From: the human T2T-CHM13v2.0 reference genome, Homo sapiens
Direction: 5' to 3' (one strand)
NCBI RefSeq assembly: GCF_009914755.1
Contig: NC_060945.1
DNA length: 64,000 bases
The translations under genes were made by a program, and so were the position numbers. The notes under the pieces were generated by a model that made no database searches, was not told where the DNA came from, and saw nothing but the letters and a program-made list of their open reading frames with translations. Below, piece by piece: positions 1 through 16,084 of this stretch (position 1 is the stretch's first letter; each line of letters begins with the position of its first letter).

Positions 1-498
1 ACCTTCAGCAGAAAATTGGTTTAACATAACAACTTTCTCTCCATGGTCCTCCTAAGGCCCCCAGAATGTGTAGAGTAAAATTTGTTTTAACTCACAGGGA
101 AGCCCTTTAATTACATTAAAATATGTTAATAATTGTAGTTTTCATATTGTTTTTTACACTTTTTAAAGTTCCATGTTATTTCATTTTAGTAGATCTAATG
201 AGAAGGGCCTTAGATCTCTCATCTCCGGGCTGTTATCTCTGGCAATATACCATTTTACAAAGTATCCTCATAAATAAATACATAGTCAAGATATGATTCC
301 AGAAACAGAACTTCAATTGTTGTGATTACTAGCCTTCCATTATCCAGGTTAGAGTGCATTGACTTTATGGTTACCATTATATTTGTACACTGATGAATAT
401 TGCAAAAGCTAAAAACTTGCTAGCCAATAGTGTACAGCACATTTAGACCAAAAAATGGGACCTAATCTTAATCTATACTGCATGTTTCATTTCTTGGC

Positions 499-736
<238 letters not shown>

Positions 737-1803
737 TAGAAGCTTTTCTCATAAGAGATGTTCAAGAAATGCTGTTTGATTATTTATTTTCATGTTTAGT
801 ACATTAATCACTTAGGTTTTTTTCTACTTGTTATTTTAAAATGGGTAGTAATAGGAATTATTCTTGGACAGGTTAGATTTGGTGAACCTCCAATAATACC
901 CAGTGAATAATTGAATACTATGCATGTAATTAAGGCTGAAACTAATACTGTTGATAAGTAATTAAAATTTTCCCAACATCATATAGAAATTCAATATTAA
1001 GGAAGAGGGTAGAAAAATTATGCTATTAGAGGATTTTTAAAGGGTTATTGCTTGCACTATTTCAAAGAAATTCTGATACTTTTGGTTATTAAATTTTTTA
1101 CATATAATAATTAGATGTAAAGCATAGAGATAATATGTCTGTTTTCCTGCTAGAGCAATTTGCATTATTGAGAAAAAGGGAGTAAATATCTGCAGAAATT
1201 TATTAAGGCTGAATTTAGTTTTGAACTAACAAAAACAAGAACAATAAGGTCTCCCAGTATTACCAAATAAGATATTTTTGGGGGAAGGTCTATTTTCCAG
1301 AATAAGAAAAACCTCTGTGTGTTGCAAGCAAATTAAAGAAAAACTTTCAGGACTGGTTCTTTTATCAATGTTTTTCTTCAATCATGCCCTCTTTAAAAAG
1401 GCCATTCTTACAAATGAGATCCTCATTGTCTATTTGTCATGTAAACAGGTGGGTCAAGATGTGCTGACATTAATTGAAAATAAATGTCCATACCTTCTTT
1501 CCTGAAATATATTTATATGTTGTCATTTTCCCAGAATAGTAACCTTAATCATTGCCAACAGGAAATACTCAACAGCTAATTTCATAAAACATATTCAACT
1601 TAAGCAGTAACTTTTTTAAGCAGTGTTCTTTTTTAAACACTGTCATTTCTAGATTTATTCATCATTCTTATTTATTGTAAAAGTCAAGGTGCACTACAGC
1701 AATTTAATGTACACCATTAGAAGATAAGAAAATTAGGATATGATCTAAATGTGTCAGACTATGTGAACATTACACCACAAATTATCAGGTATAGTTACAG
1801 CAA

Positions 1804-1848
1804 AATGTGACTGCGTTCAATGTGACCGCATTCAATTTGACCACATTC
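1804..1848. repeat. 15-bp tandem repeat x3
   Basis: aatgtgactgcgttc / aatgtgaccgcattc / aatttgaccacattc. Confidence 0.8.
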
Positions 1849-2150
1849 AAAATCATATATTTAAATTTAGGATTTGGTAAATGATTTATTAGTTGTGCTC
1901 ATGAGATAATATGAGCTTAATAAATATAAAATGTAGATGACTTGAATAATTGGCTGAATGAGAATTCCCTTCACCAAAAAGGGCAACACAGTAAGAGAGT
2001 AGATCTGATTTGGGAAAAAATAAGAAAAATGATTTCAAAATACAAACATTAAAAATGATTTATACATTCATTTATTTACACAGAAAATATTAATTTTTTG
2101 ATTACTAAGATTCACACATATTTCTGAGATCTGGTAATATGGCAGGGAGC

Positions 2151-2533
2151 TGATATGGTTAGGCTTTTTGTCCCTACCCAAATCTCATCTTGAATTGTAA
2201 TTTCCTGTTGTTTAGGGAGAGACCTGGTGGGAAGTGACTGGATTATGGGGATAGTCCTTTCCATGCTGTCCTCATGATAGTGAGTGAATTCTCACAAGAT
2301 CTGACAGTTTTTGGTTTTATAAATGGTAGATTTTTTCTGTGCTGACACATGCCCTCCTGACTGCTGCCACGTAAGATATGCCTTTTTTGCTTCTCCTTCA
2401 CCTTTCATTATGACTGTAAGTTTCCTAAGTCTGCCCCAGCAATGCAGAACAGTGAGTCCGTTAAAACTGTTCTCTTTACAAATTACCCAGTCTCGGGTAT
2501 TTCTTCATAACACTGTGAGAATGGACTAAGGCA
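2151..2533 (+). mobile_element. THE1D-like solo LTR (ERVL-MaLR)
   Basis: Starts tgatatggtt...cccaaatctcatcttgaattgtaa, ends aattacccagtctcgggtat...gactaaggca; 5-bp TSD ggagc (2146-2150, 2534-2538). Confidence 0.9.
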
Positions 2534-2881
2534 GGAGCAAAGCATATATGGTTCCTCATTGTAAGAAGCTTACATTTTAGTGGGAGAGAAGGTTCCTCCC
2601 AAATAAAAGCCATATATAAAATAGTGTCTGATGATGTTCACCCAGGTAGAGCAAGGGCAGAGATTTTGTAAAAAATATGAGACTGGATGCATTCAATAGT
2701 ACAAATGCATCAGACAGATCAGATATTGTCCTTGCAAATATATACAAACATTCCATAATTAGGAAGTCACTAACAACCTCAGAGGAAAAAAACAGTTAAA
2801 GATTAATGAGAAGATCTAGTGATTCCTGTCTGGGTTGCTGTAGAATAATTTTTTTCATTAGGTGGAAAAAAAGTAAGACAA

Positions 2882-3376
2882 GATTACCATTCAATGGGTT
2901 CACTTAGTGACATGCATAGAAGCCAATACTATGGCTCTAGCTTTTGAGAAAAGAAAAAGCATTATTATAAGTCAACTGGCAAGAAGACAGGAGGCCATAG
3001 TAAGATCTGATTCACCTAGGTGGGGTCTGGGGGCAGGTTTTATAGGCAAAGTAATAATGGGAGAGATAGGAAAATGCAATCAGGCATGATCTCATTAGGT
3101 CATGCAAAGGGGAAGAGCCAGATCTGCTACAAAACAGGGCACACATCTCTTCATATTTCAATACCCATTCCCAATACAAACACTAAGATTACACCTGCAG
3201 TTGACTTTTTTGTTCCAGCCCCCTGCAGGGTTACAAATTGGGCATGCTTGGTTCATCTGGGCATGCTCAAGCTATGTGACCTGAAACCTGGGGGTCCACT
3301 GCACTGAAAAACAACTCATCATTTTGTGACATTTTGCTACTAAAAAAGTTGAGCCATATTGGTTCTGTGGTTATCA
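2882..3376 (-). mobile_element. 3' LTR of ERV1 provirus (MER101-like)
   Basis: Direct repeat of 7722-8562 (shared blocks such as ttggttcatctgggcatgctca and agtcaactggcaa.aagacaggaggc); purine-rich PPT-like tract on the minus strand at ~3378-3400. Confidence 0.8.
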
Positions 3377-4081
3377 ATCTCCTCATATTTTTTATTCTTC
3401 AATTTTGAGGGAAAGGGGGTGACAACTGCTCTAGTGACTTCTTTATAATTAGAGGCATGAATACAGGTTAGAGGAATGAAACTGTTTATCATTTCCTTGT
3501 AAAGGTTTTCTAGTAAGAAAAATTATTTTTAGTTTTAATTGGTTAACACAGCTGAGTTCTGATTGGTCTATAGGTGAGCCATGATAGGCCAAGGCAGAAG
3601 AGCTATGATTGGTTGATTCAACACAATCATGGTGGGGGTCTCTTGTGACCTTTGTTAGAAAAGACTAGAACAATTTTAAAGAGGCGCCAAATGCTTAGCC
3701 TTAATATAAGGAAAATCATGAAGTCATGTAAGGTAGAATGCAGAAGTGATCCAATACCAGTGGGAAGCCTGCTAAACATATCTGAAAACTCGACCTTTAA
3801 CCCAGGAAGCCTAGCCAGAAGGCTTTCTAAAGCTGTTTCTACTTATATAAATAAAATAAGAATACTCATAAGTAGTTTTTGAATTTTGGAGGAATCAAGT
3901 AGAAATAAAAAGCAAATGCCCCCACCTTTGTTCACAAAATGATACTTTACCTAATAATTGCAAACTATTAAAATAGATATAAAAATAGATAACTTTTGAA
4001 AGAAAATTCCTTGAATCTAGAAAACAATCTTTTAAGGGAGAACTAACATTTTGAATACAGTCTTAAAAATGTTGTTCCTAT

Positions 4082-4402
<321 letters not shown>

Positions 4403-4671
4403 TTAATTTCATGTAATTAATTTTGTTTTGCTCTAATCAAAACTGCTATTTTGATTAGCAGTTCCATGAAAAGCAATTTTGGACCACAGCTGATTGCATA
4501 TGTTTCCAGAGAATTTAAAACAATAACTGTGGATGACAATAAAACAGAACAACCATAGTAAAAAAATCTAATAAAAATTTACAATTGACAGGAAAATTTA
4601 GGTATATCTGTGGATACAAACATTTTTAATCATAATCATAATAATTGAATATAATAATCATAATCTGATAA

Positions 4672-4939
<268 letters not shown>

Positions 4940-6427
4940 ATATTTTTAATGTGAAATCTCAATATTTACAGGCTGTTATAATTTCTATTAATTATTGCCA
5001 ACTAAGTCATACAGCAAATTTCTTTCACAAATTCTCTTTCACAATCCTTATCATGACTTACACAGATCATTTATGGCGTGCTTTGACTTTCTGCTTTGTA
5101 CTATATGTGTTTTTTGAAGAGCCAATCATTTTACTCCAGGACAGAAATTTACCACACAAGATTTTTTCTCATATAAAATTATTATCTTCTATTCTTAACC
5201 TTTCTTACCAAAAACACATCTTTACATCCATGTGTTACCCCAAACCAGTTTTTCATTACTGTTTGCCGGCAAATATTTACAGCTATTCCCATCAAATCGA
5301 CAACATTAGACTAGTCCCATTCACCAAAACATTTATAACTTATGTGAACTTGAAAAGCAGTTGGCTTATTTGCTTAGTGTATAAATACCCATTTATTTAT
5401 AAGCCACTTTGGTACCAGAGACAATACACAAACAGATATGTATATAGACAGGCACAATAAAGTTTTTATCCTTGTGGGAAATATCAGTGGAGCTAATGAA
5501 ATATGGAGGAACCCCCAGGTCGCATCATTCCTAGTCACTATCTGCAAACTGACATTTGGTGGGGGTGATTGGCAGGGTTCCTTCTCTACCTGTAGGGTAT
5601 AGTTAGAACATTTCTACTTCCAAAGGCCCTCTTGTTTACAATATGCACGTTATTGTAGCCCAAAGGCTGGGTAGCTTTTTACCTGGGCAGTTGAGCCCCA
5701 GGGATCTTACATATGGCCATTTGTTTTCTTCAGCAAACAGCTTTTTGTGTCCTGGCAGGGACTCGTCATGACCAAGAGCTATGAAGAGGAGCATAGTTTA
5801 TTGTCTCACGTCACATTATTTTTGCCTTTCCTGGATTTGGTTATGGCTGTTATTTAAATATTTTAAAGGCAATCTCAATCTATCGAGACACTGGGATCCC
5901 CAATTCCCCTTCTACTCTTTGCAGTATGTTTTTTTCTTATATCAAAGGTACTCTGACTGATAAAAGTTATATTAAGCAGTCTCATGTTACCTGAGTATTC
6001 ACAGTCAATGCCAGTATATTGCCTTAGACTTCAAAGACTCTCTCAAGAAAGCCAGAGGGATTTTCTTTTGGCCCCTGTTATACTTGTATGACTAGTGCCA
6101 CTACAGTCCTGCTAAAATTAATGTTCCCCATTTTGTGCAGAGCTGGAGCAAGACCCTGCACTAGAGAGGTGTTTTGGGTCTGTGGTGTGGTGTTCATGGG
6201 AATTCCTTCCCAGAGAATCACCAATGGGCCACATATCTCCTCTTATGCATCTCAGAGGGTCCCTAACATCAGGTGGTGTTGGGTTGCTTAAGATGCCGGG
6301 GTGACTGGTCATCGTATGTGCACCTTCCTGATAAGCAGTTAAAGTTCTGTCTGACTCAGGAATGGGGTATGTGCTGGTGGGATTTCCTAAAGGACCACTT
6401 CATGTCACAGGCCATAAAACCTCAACA

Positions 6428-7111
6428 TGTTACTAGTGGAAGGTATCCCCATTACTGGCAGTGAATCCGTATATATCTGCAGCAACTTCAATTCTTGCCT
6501 CCTCAGAAGAAAGAATTTGACTGAGGGGCATAAGGATGAAGTAAGACCAAGGCAAGTTTCAGCACAGGAGTGAAAGTTTATTAAAAAGACTTTAGAACAG
6601 GAAAAAAGGAAGATTCACTTGGAAGGGACCCAAGTGGGCACCTGAAGGTCAAGGGCATTTAACCTTGATCCTAGGACTTTATAGACTCACCTCTTTCCCA
6701 TGATTATTTCCTTAGAGTGGGCTTCCTGCATGCATAGAGTCTCTTCCTGCCCTTGGGTAGTGAGCACGTGCAGTGTGTTGAGGAAGATGTATGCATGGCC
6801 ATCTGAGGCTTTCTTCCCTTTTCTGGTGGAGTATCCCCAGAAGGTCATACTTTGCCATTTTGTCTCTTAGTGCACATGCCCAGGAAGCTGCTTCCCCGTG
6901 GCATCTGCGTTCAATTAACACATTAATGTTAACATCTGTGGATCATCAGGAGATTGTCTCTCCCTGGCACCCAGGCCCCAGTGCCCGCTGCTGAATTACC
7001 GGTGTTAGGCAGGCAGTGTGATAATTGTTGAACCATCACCTGACATTTCTAGTGGGTGGGAAATAAGAGCCCTCTGCTGCCATGCCCATGCCTATCTAAC
7101 TGCCTGTAATA
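6428..7111 (-). mobile_element. LTR9B-like solo LTR (ERV1) nested in the provirus
   Basis: tgttactagtggaaggtatcc...caattcttgcctcctcagaagaaagaatttgactgaggggcataagg...ctaactgcctgtaata; 4-bp TSD aaca (6424-6427, 7112-7115). Confidence 0.85.
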
Positions 7112-7699
7112 AACACTTTGCTGGGCTCCTAGTCACCTAGGAACAGCCTAAAAGGGCCCAGGGGAGCAGAGCAATGTCTCTCGGGAGTCTAAGGACCCTC
7201 ATCTAGATAATTTTTTAATTAGGCCGCTACTATGAACACCAAGGTTTTAACCATTGTTAAGTCAAATATAGTTACACACACTAAAGACACAAACACAGAC
7301 AAGCAGAAGTCAAAATTAAACCAACCTGAGTACCTCAGTGATTACAGCATTTTATTATCACTCTTATTCTTTGGGAATCTAACCTCAAACAGATTCAGGA
7401 TGCTAATCAGACCAGGATCCCAATAGGGTGGGACTAGAACCCAAAATTCCTATGATGAAACCTTTGACAATTTATGATATAGGCACATATTAGTGAAGTA
7501 CTCATCCCCAAGACATCTAAGCCAGAAGCACTTTCTTTTTCCCAAATAAGAAAGTAGTACTGCTGAGCCTGAACTGTCGCAGCAGAGAATCAGTGATGTC
7601 TCAGTCAATCCCCTAGATAAAACTGTTCTAGGTGGCCATTCTGTCAGTGAAGGGGGCCTACAACACTTCAAGAGGCTACATTGCCACAGGCAGATTTTT

Positions 7700-7717
7700 G
7701 TACCATTTGGGTTGCAA
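7700..7717 (-). other. Degenerate primer-binding site (tRNA-Arg-like)
   Basis: Minus strand ttgcaacccaaatggtac, 14/18 match to recalled TGGCGACCCAGATGGGAC, 4 nt inside the 5' LTR. Confidence 0.5.
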
Positions 7718-7721
7718 AAAA

Positions 7722-8562
7722 TGTTACCAAGAATGGGCTTGCTGCCTAATACTTGGAAGCCCATACTATGGTGTTGGCTTTTAAGAAAAGAAAAAAGCTT
7801 TATTGTGGAGTCAACTGGCAACAAGACAGGAGGCAATGCTCATATCACTATCCTTCAGCTGGGATCTAGGGGCAAATTTATAGATAGTAACAATGGAAGA
7901 GATAGAAAAATGCAATGAGGCATGATCTATTAGAATATGCAAAGAGGCATATTCTAATATGCCTTGGCTCCTAAGTACCTCCTGCAACAAAACAGGGTAC
8001 ACCTTGGTTTTTAACTTTGGTCCCCTTTCCTCAATCCAAGATCTTAGGTTCCACCTGTGCTTAACTTTTTTGTTCTAGCTGCCCCTGGGGTCAAAATTGG
8101 GCATGTTTGGTTCATCTGGGCATGCTCAGGTAACTTGATCTGCAACCTGGGGATCCATTGCACTGAATAAAACTCATCATTCTGGCTAGGTGCGGTGGCT
8201 CACGCCTGTAATCCTAGCACTTTGGGAGGCCCAGGTGGGAGGATTGCCTGAGCTCAGGAGATCAAGACCAGCCTAGGCAACACAGTGAAACCCTGTCTCT
8301 ACTAAAATACAAACAATTAGCTGGGTGTGGCAGTGTACACCTGTAGTACCGGCTACTCAGGAGGCTGAGGCAGGAGAATACCTTGAATCTGGGATGCGGA
8401 GATTGCAGTGAGCTGAGATCGCACCACCGCACTCTAGCCTGGGCGACAGAGCGAGACTCCGTCTCCAAACAAACAAACAAACAAACAAAAACCACTCATC
8501 ATTCTGTTACTTTCGTTATTGACAAAGTTGAACTAAATTGAGTTGATTCTGGCATTAAAACA
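7722..8562 (-). mobile_element. 5' LTR of ERV1 provirus (MER101-like), split by an Alu
   Basis: Begins tgttacc; homologous to 2882-3376; resumes after the Alu with actcatcattctgttac...aaagttgaac. Confidence 0.8.
8184..8491 (+). mobile_element. AluS-like, full length, (AAAC)n tail
   Basis: Dimeric Alu; TSD actcatcattct (8172-8183, 8494-8505). Confidence 0.92.
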
Positions 8563-8669
8563 ATATAGTGTAATATTTAAGAGAAGTTCAGATCATATCT
8601 TGGTTGAGCCATCAGAATAATTATAGAGATAAAAAATGTGCTCTAAGGAAGACAGAGAAATGCTAACAG

Positions 8670-9639
<970 letters not shown>

Positions 9640-9641
9640 CT

Positions 9642-10012
9642 TGTGCTGCATTACACTGCCTAAATCCTCCCTCCAAAACTGCAGAAACTAACCCCTGAGC
9701 TTCTGGGATTGTCCTCTATCAGACCTAAATTCATGTCTCATTTCTGAAAAGCAGCTTTCATCCAATTACTGGTGGATATGTAGTTTTAAAAGCCCAAATG
9801 AATCTCTCTGACAAACAAAATATATGAAGGGATATCCCAGCTCCTGAGTACTCCTATGGTTTTACAAAGGTCTTGCTATAATTAAAATGTAGCACTACTT
9901 TTCTTCTGCCCAGTTATACTTCTGTTATTTTCTCTCACAAATATTGATCATAAGGTCATTCCCTAGTAAATTTCCTTCAAACTTATGTTTCCAGGGAACC
10001 TGATCTGCAACA
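9642..10012 (+). mobile_element. LTR16-like (ERVL) solo LTR, old
   Basis: ttcttctgcccag...ttgatc...ccctagtaaa...ccagggaacctgatctgcaaca 3' end. Confidence 0.6.
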
Positions 10013-10169
10013 TTAAATAATAATATTTGTATGTATGAAGGCTGTACATCTGAGCTAGAGATATGATGGTCTCTGTGGCCATGCCTGCAAAAACTAACAT
10101 TTACTATTACAAAGGTTATTTTAAAATATGGTTCATAATTTTAATTATATTTAAATCATATGATATATC

Positions 10170-10238
10170 TAGGTAGACAGATACATAGAGATAGATAGAT
10201 AGATAGATAGATAGACAGATAGATAGATAGACAGATAC
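10170..10238. repeat. (GATA)n/(GACA) compound tetranucleotide STR
   Basis: Directly visible. Confidence 0.95.
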
Positions 10239-10989
10239 TTTTTAATCTAGACCAAATAACTGTAGTTTAGAAGATACTGAATTCTGTTAAGCAGGTGTTG
10301 ATGAATCTTCCTTATGAGGTTCTAAACTTCTAGGACAATGTGATCAGTTATCCTGTGCTTCTTCTCCCCTATTTATGTTTTTTTTTCAAGCTGTGATACC
10401 CAAACTTTGTTAATTTCTCAGTTTCTATCTCATGTTATACCTTTCAATTGTGATGCATTGATATCTGCTTTTATTTTTCTTTTAATGAAGTTGTGCTACA
10501 ACTTCAATATGCCATCTTTCCTGTTCTAGTAATTCATATTTATTTTTATTCTAACCAATAGATTCTATGCACTAAAGGCAGTAAGCATTCAATGTTTATT
10601 AAAATAAGTGTCTATATATGTGTAAAATCTGTTTGCAGAAATTTTCCTGAAATGTTCATAGAATTGATGCTTACATTTATACAACTTTGAATCAACAGAA
10701 ATGGGACACCATGCCCAAGGAAATAAAAAATATCTTAAAGTTGTAGAGCTCATTGGAAGCAAGATTAAAAGTGATATTAGAATATATAAATAACTACAAT
10801 AGAATACCTAATCAACTCATTTTTTCTCACATATGAATTATTTGCTTATTATGAAATATACTTCCTGATAATAGAAAAGGCTTAAGATAAAATAATGGCT
10901 TTTATTTTTTGTATTTAAACTGAGCTTGTTTCCTACCATTTATGGGCATAAGATACCATTTGTCAAATACTTCACGAACAGAACTTCAT

Positions 10990-11160
10990 TTACATAAACT
11001 ACTTTGAGCATCAGGCACATATCATTTTATACTTTTGCAAATGCAGTAACCAAGAAGCAGAGATTCACCTAGCTGTCATGAAATCACCTAGGGATTAAAA
11101 CAAGAGCTCTCTATTGGCAAAGCCTATGCTCTTTATCATTTCTACTACATTGCTTCTCAA
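10990..11160 (-). mobile_element. MIR-like fragment
   Basis: gggattaaaac...caaagcctatgctcttt...ctacattgcttctc resembles the MIR 5' end in antisense. Confidence 0.4.
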
Positions 11161-12811
11161 CGTATTATTGGAAAGTTTTACATATTGGCCACATTTTTGT
11201 CCTACTATTCTTTTACTACTCAAATAAAAATCTAGAAATGAATGACATTTATAAGGATGCATTATTTTTTACTGTACTGAGGAGTGTGTCTCTAAGATTC
11301 TCACAGCCACTTTTCACGCATTTCACTGATGCCAGGCAATGAATTTCACTTGAGTTCTTTTGAATTGGTTTCAAAATGTAGTAGCTTTTAATTAATCTCT
11401 TCTTTACTAGTTTTTCTTTACTTTAAAATCCACATTAACTTTAAATAACGTGTCCCGGGCCATCAACTTTTATGCTTTTGTTTTAAGAATTTGAATAAAT
11501 TTAATTACTGAGTGATTTCCTAAGGGTTTACAACTTTGATGGATACATTTTCCTTAATTTTTTTATCACAAGTCATAAAATCATATTGAAGACCGTAATT
11601 TTTAAGATATTAACCATATTGTTATGCTAGCACCCATGCGATGTGTAAAAACATGACACTCTTCCCAGCAAGTAGAAACAGTATAAACATAAAAGTATTA
11701 ACATAGTTAGCATTCACAGTAACAAACACAGTTTCATTCATTTTGTTCATGTATAAGCTTACTTATATGCATATGTTCTGCTAAACTTGCAGTTTATCAG
11801 AAATAATGAAAGCTTCATTATTTTACAAACATATAAATATTTTAATTATTTTACTTAAATACATAAAGAAAAATGAAAATAAAATTTTAAAAGGGAGAGG
11901 AAAAAAGAGATACAAATAAACAGTAGATGTTGGTCCTATTCACAACAGTAATTCATGATAATTTGCAAAGCCACAAATCTGAACCGAACTTACATTCAAA
12001 ACTTACATTTCAAAAGCCGTTGTTTAAAGAACAGCTTTTTAATTTGCACACACTTATGAAAGCCTACCCACAGAAAACTTACACTTTTGAAATAGAAATC
12101 AAATATAGGTGAAAGAAAACTTTCTGAGTATTCTGAGCACCTAGAAACAGAGCCAATATCATGAATGATATAACTTATAAAATAGTACATTGAGATATCC
12201 ATTTCTCTGACCACAATCCTCTACAATTTAATTATTTAATTTTTATTCTCTCACTATAATTATGCTTTGACAACACAAAGATGTCCAGTCCTTGAACATG
12301 TCATTCACTCTCCCTCATGCCTATTTTTAAATTCTTCTCTATTAAGCTAACATTCCACATGGGTGATCGAAACTCTTCACAAACAAAAAATGTGTAATAT
12401 ATTTGCCTCATTGGTCTTTATTACATCTGCCTGTAAAACACAAATCTTATGCAGTCCAAAATTTAACTTAGTATTTGCAACAACAACAACAAAAAACTTA
12501 GACTGCAAGGAAAAGGACACAAACTTTCCAAGCATTACTTTTTCTAAGTTTATGGCCTCAAAGCATCACTAAGTTGCTAAGAATACAAATAAATACTTTT
12601 CTTCTTCCAAGTCAGTTCTTTTTCAAATCATTACCCTACTGCATTCATTGAAATGCTAGTTAGATTTGTTTCAATTCACTTTTCACGAGTGTAAATGAAG
12701 CTATAAGAAGGAAACGAATTATCAAATATCAAAAGTTACTCTCTGCATCAGATATTATTCTTACTTTTTCTTACACTTACAATGACTGAGATGCCACTCA
12801 TTTCTAAATGA

Positions 12812-13189
<378 letters not shown>

Positions 13190-13502
13190 CCCTTCATTAA
13201 ATTGTATATTCTTTCAATTTTATAACACCATGATATCTTGATTTGGGGTTGTTCCTTTGGCCATTCCTAGAAACAACTGCCTTCCTTCCTTAATATTTTA
13301 TAAAGTTCTCTCAAAGGTTGTTGTTTTGTTTTGTTTTCTCTATACCTTAACTCTAAGCGAAGACCCACATTTTTATTGTCTCCATTGCTGATACAGTTTC
13401 ACATCATTCAAATTAATATTTTCAGGCTAGATGTATCTAATTTGCATATGTTTAATTCCAATTACAAGTAACTCAATAGATGAATAGACAGATAAAAGCT
13501 TA

Positions 13503-14008
13503 TTTTTGCCCATTCTGTAGGATATCTTTTTACTTTCTTAATGTTCTTTAATGCACAGCAGTTTTTAATTTTGGTGAAATCAAAATTTGTCTATTTTTTC
13601 CCCTGTTGCTCATGCATTTGGTGTCATAGCTACTGGCAAATCCAAAGTCATGAGAATGTACCCCTAGGTTTTCTCCTAAGAGTTTTATAGATTTAGCCCA
13701 TTGGTTGATTTTGAGTTAATTTTTGTAGTTAGCATGATGTGGGAGTTCATGCATATCCATTTGTCTCAACATCATTTGTTGAAGAGATGATTCCCTCTCC
13801 AGGGAATAGCCTTAGAAACCTTGTTAAAAATCAATTGGTTATAGATGTATGAACTCATTTCTGGGCTCCTGATTCTGTTCCATTTGTCTATGTGTCTGGC
13901 ATTGTGCTAGTGCCATGCTGTTTTGATTACTGTAGTTTTGTGGTAAGTTTAGAAATTGGAAATGTGAGTCCTCTTGCTTTGTTCTTTTACAATATAATTT
14001 TGGAAATT
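13503..14008 (-). mobile_element. L1M (L1MB-like) ORF2 3' fragment
   Basis: catcatttgttgaagaga...ttaaaaatcaattgg...gttttgattactgtag. Confidence 0.85.
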
Positions 14009-14489
14009 AAAAAAAAGCTAACTAGCTAACAAATAATTCACCATTACCACTTCCGCCAAACATGTAACTGGGTGTCACTTTAATTCAACTCTACTTTTCA
14101 AGTCAAATTCTAGAGAATTATTCTTGAATCTTACTCTTTCCCATGAGGACATCCAAAGAAGTTACCAAATTCTATATACCATATAATCTATTTTTGTTTA
14201 TTATTTGTGCAACTTTTCTTCTCCAAGACACCATTATCTTTCTATTTAATTGTGCTAATTGTTTCTTAAATTTTCTCTTCACCTCCAGGTTTTCTACCCT
14301 GCAATCCTATTTCACCCTAATCAATTTTGCTCATTGCAGCTATTATTATCTTTTTATGTCATTTTGTATCTTATAAGTCATAAAACATTTTCAATTTTAG
14401 AATAACATCCAAAGTTTTTTTTCAATTTTATTTATTTTGGTAACATCCAAAGTTTTCTAACCCACATTACTTCTCAAGAGATATATCAC

Positions 14490-14923
14490 ATTTTTATGGT
14501 TAATTTTATCTCCTAAAAATTCATATGTTAAAGTTCTAACCCCCGGTTTCCTGAAATATGATCTTATTTGGAAATAGGGTCCTTGTAGATGTCATTAAAT
14601 TAAAATGAGGTCATATTGGAATAGATGAGTACCTAATAGAATATGTCTGGTGTTCTTTTGTAAAGTAGAAATATAGAGACAGACACACACAGAGGGACAA
14701 CAACATATTAAGATGAAGGCAGATATTGGAATGATGCAACAGAAACAAAGGAACACTGATAATTATCAACAAACCACCAATACATAGAAGAGAAGTGTGA
14801 AACACATTTCTCTTTCACAGCCATTAAAAGGAATCAATCCTTCCAAAACCCTCATCAATTTCTGTTGTTCTAAGCCATGCACTTTGTGGTACTTTGTTAC
14901 AGCAGTCCTAGCAAAGAAATATG
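14490..14923 (+). mobile_element. MLT1C-like LTR
   Basis: ttatttggaaatagggtc...taaaatgaggtcata...ttctgttgttctaagcca...gtactttgttacagcag. Confidence 0.8.
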
Positions 14924-15621
14924 TAGGTCATACATGCCCTAAAACTGAAGCTGCAACCTTGCTTAATTATTATCGTTTTCTTAACTATTACATGCTGTCT
15001 TATCTCCATTCCAATTTAACTGTCTACTAGTTATCTTCATCATTCAGCTATTTCTTATACTGTGTCAAATATATCAATAATGTTGGTCTCAATGTAAATG
15101 TTTTACTCTGGAATGTCTTTCAAAATGTTTCTTGTGGGATTGGGGGTGGAAAATCATGACTACAAAGTTCTAAGGGCAGATAATGCCCTCCTATGGAGTT
15201 TCAGATCTGAGGAGCTGATTAAGCCAATATCAATTAGATTAGAAACCTGAGAGGTTTCTGTCCCAGGAACACAAGGGTGAAATGAATCTTATTAGGTTGT
15301 TTCCTAGACCCACCTAGAACACTTTCTAATTAGTTAGATATTGTCAGCTTCTCATCCTATACACCTAACCAGAAAAAAAGAAAATATTTTCCCATAGAAT
15401 ATAATGTTATTTACAGTCTTAATGGGCTCTTTCTAAAATGTCCCATAAAATGATTACTACGTATAGAAAGATGAATGAAAATATGACTGATAATCCTAGG
15501 AAAAGAAACCTTACTCACGGTTGATCCAGATACTATAGTTGAACAAGGAATCTTTAAAATTCCATGCTTAATATGACAAACAATATAGACTAAGTGTTAA
15601 AAAATAAAGATGGAACATTTT

Positions 15622-16078
15622 CGTTACAGAGAATTGTTATCTGCAAAGTAATGGAAAACAAAGGAGAACTTTATTTTCTGGAAATAAACAAATAAATGAA
15701 ATCTGTAGATCTGGGAAACGCAGGCTCTGATGTAAATTAAAGTGTGCTCTACGAAACAAAGAGTGAGACTGGCTTAAAGAAAGTTCCTGCCTCAGTCTTC
15801 AATCAGGTCCATATATGCAAATGAGGAATTCAAATTTCTTCAGTCCTGATTGGTTGGAAATAGCTGGGTATAATTAAGCAATTTCCAAGCCCAAACCAGA
15901 AGTTTCTGTTGGATGGCCCTCTCAGGTGGCTGACCACAGTGTCTCAGCTTAGGTTACAAGAACCATCCTAGCTCAGAGGCATGTGCAGCATGCTTGTCTG
16001 GAGCCTTCCTTGTATGGAACAAAGAGGGCATCATTGCCCTTTTCTCATTCACCATGGCCTCTGGGTAAGTTTCATTTC
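15622..16078 (-). mobile_element. Probable ERV1-type solo LTR, family not assigned
   Basis: (c)gttaca...tttca termini, minus-strand AATAAA near the left end, CCAAT box and ATGCAAAT; interrupts L1M sequence. Confidence 0.5.
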
Positions 16079-16084
16079 ACAAGT

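Noticed and set aside
4951-5460. Longest ORF (169 aa)
   Set aside because: GTG start, antisense to decayed ERV-internal sequence, F/I/L/Y-rich composition typical of AT-rich chance ORFs, no recognisable domain.
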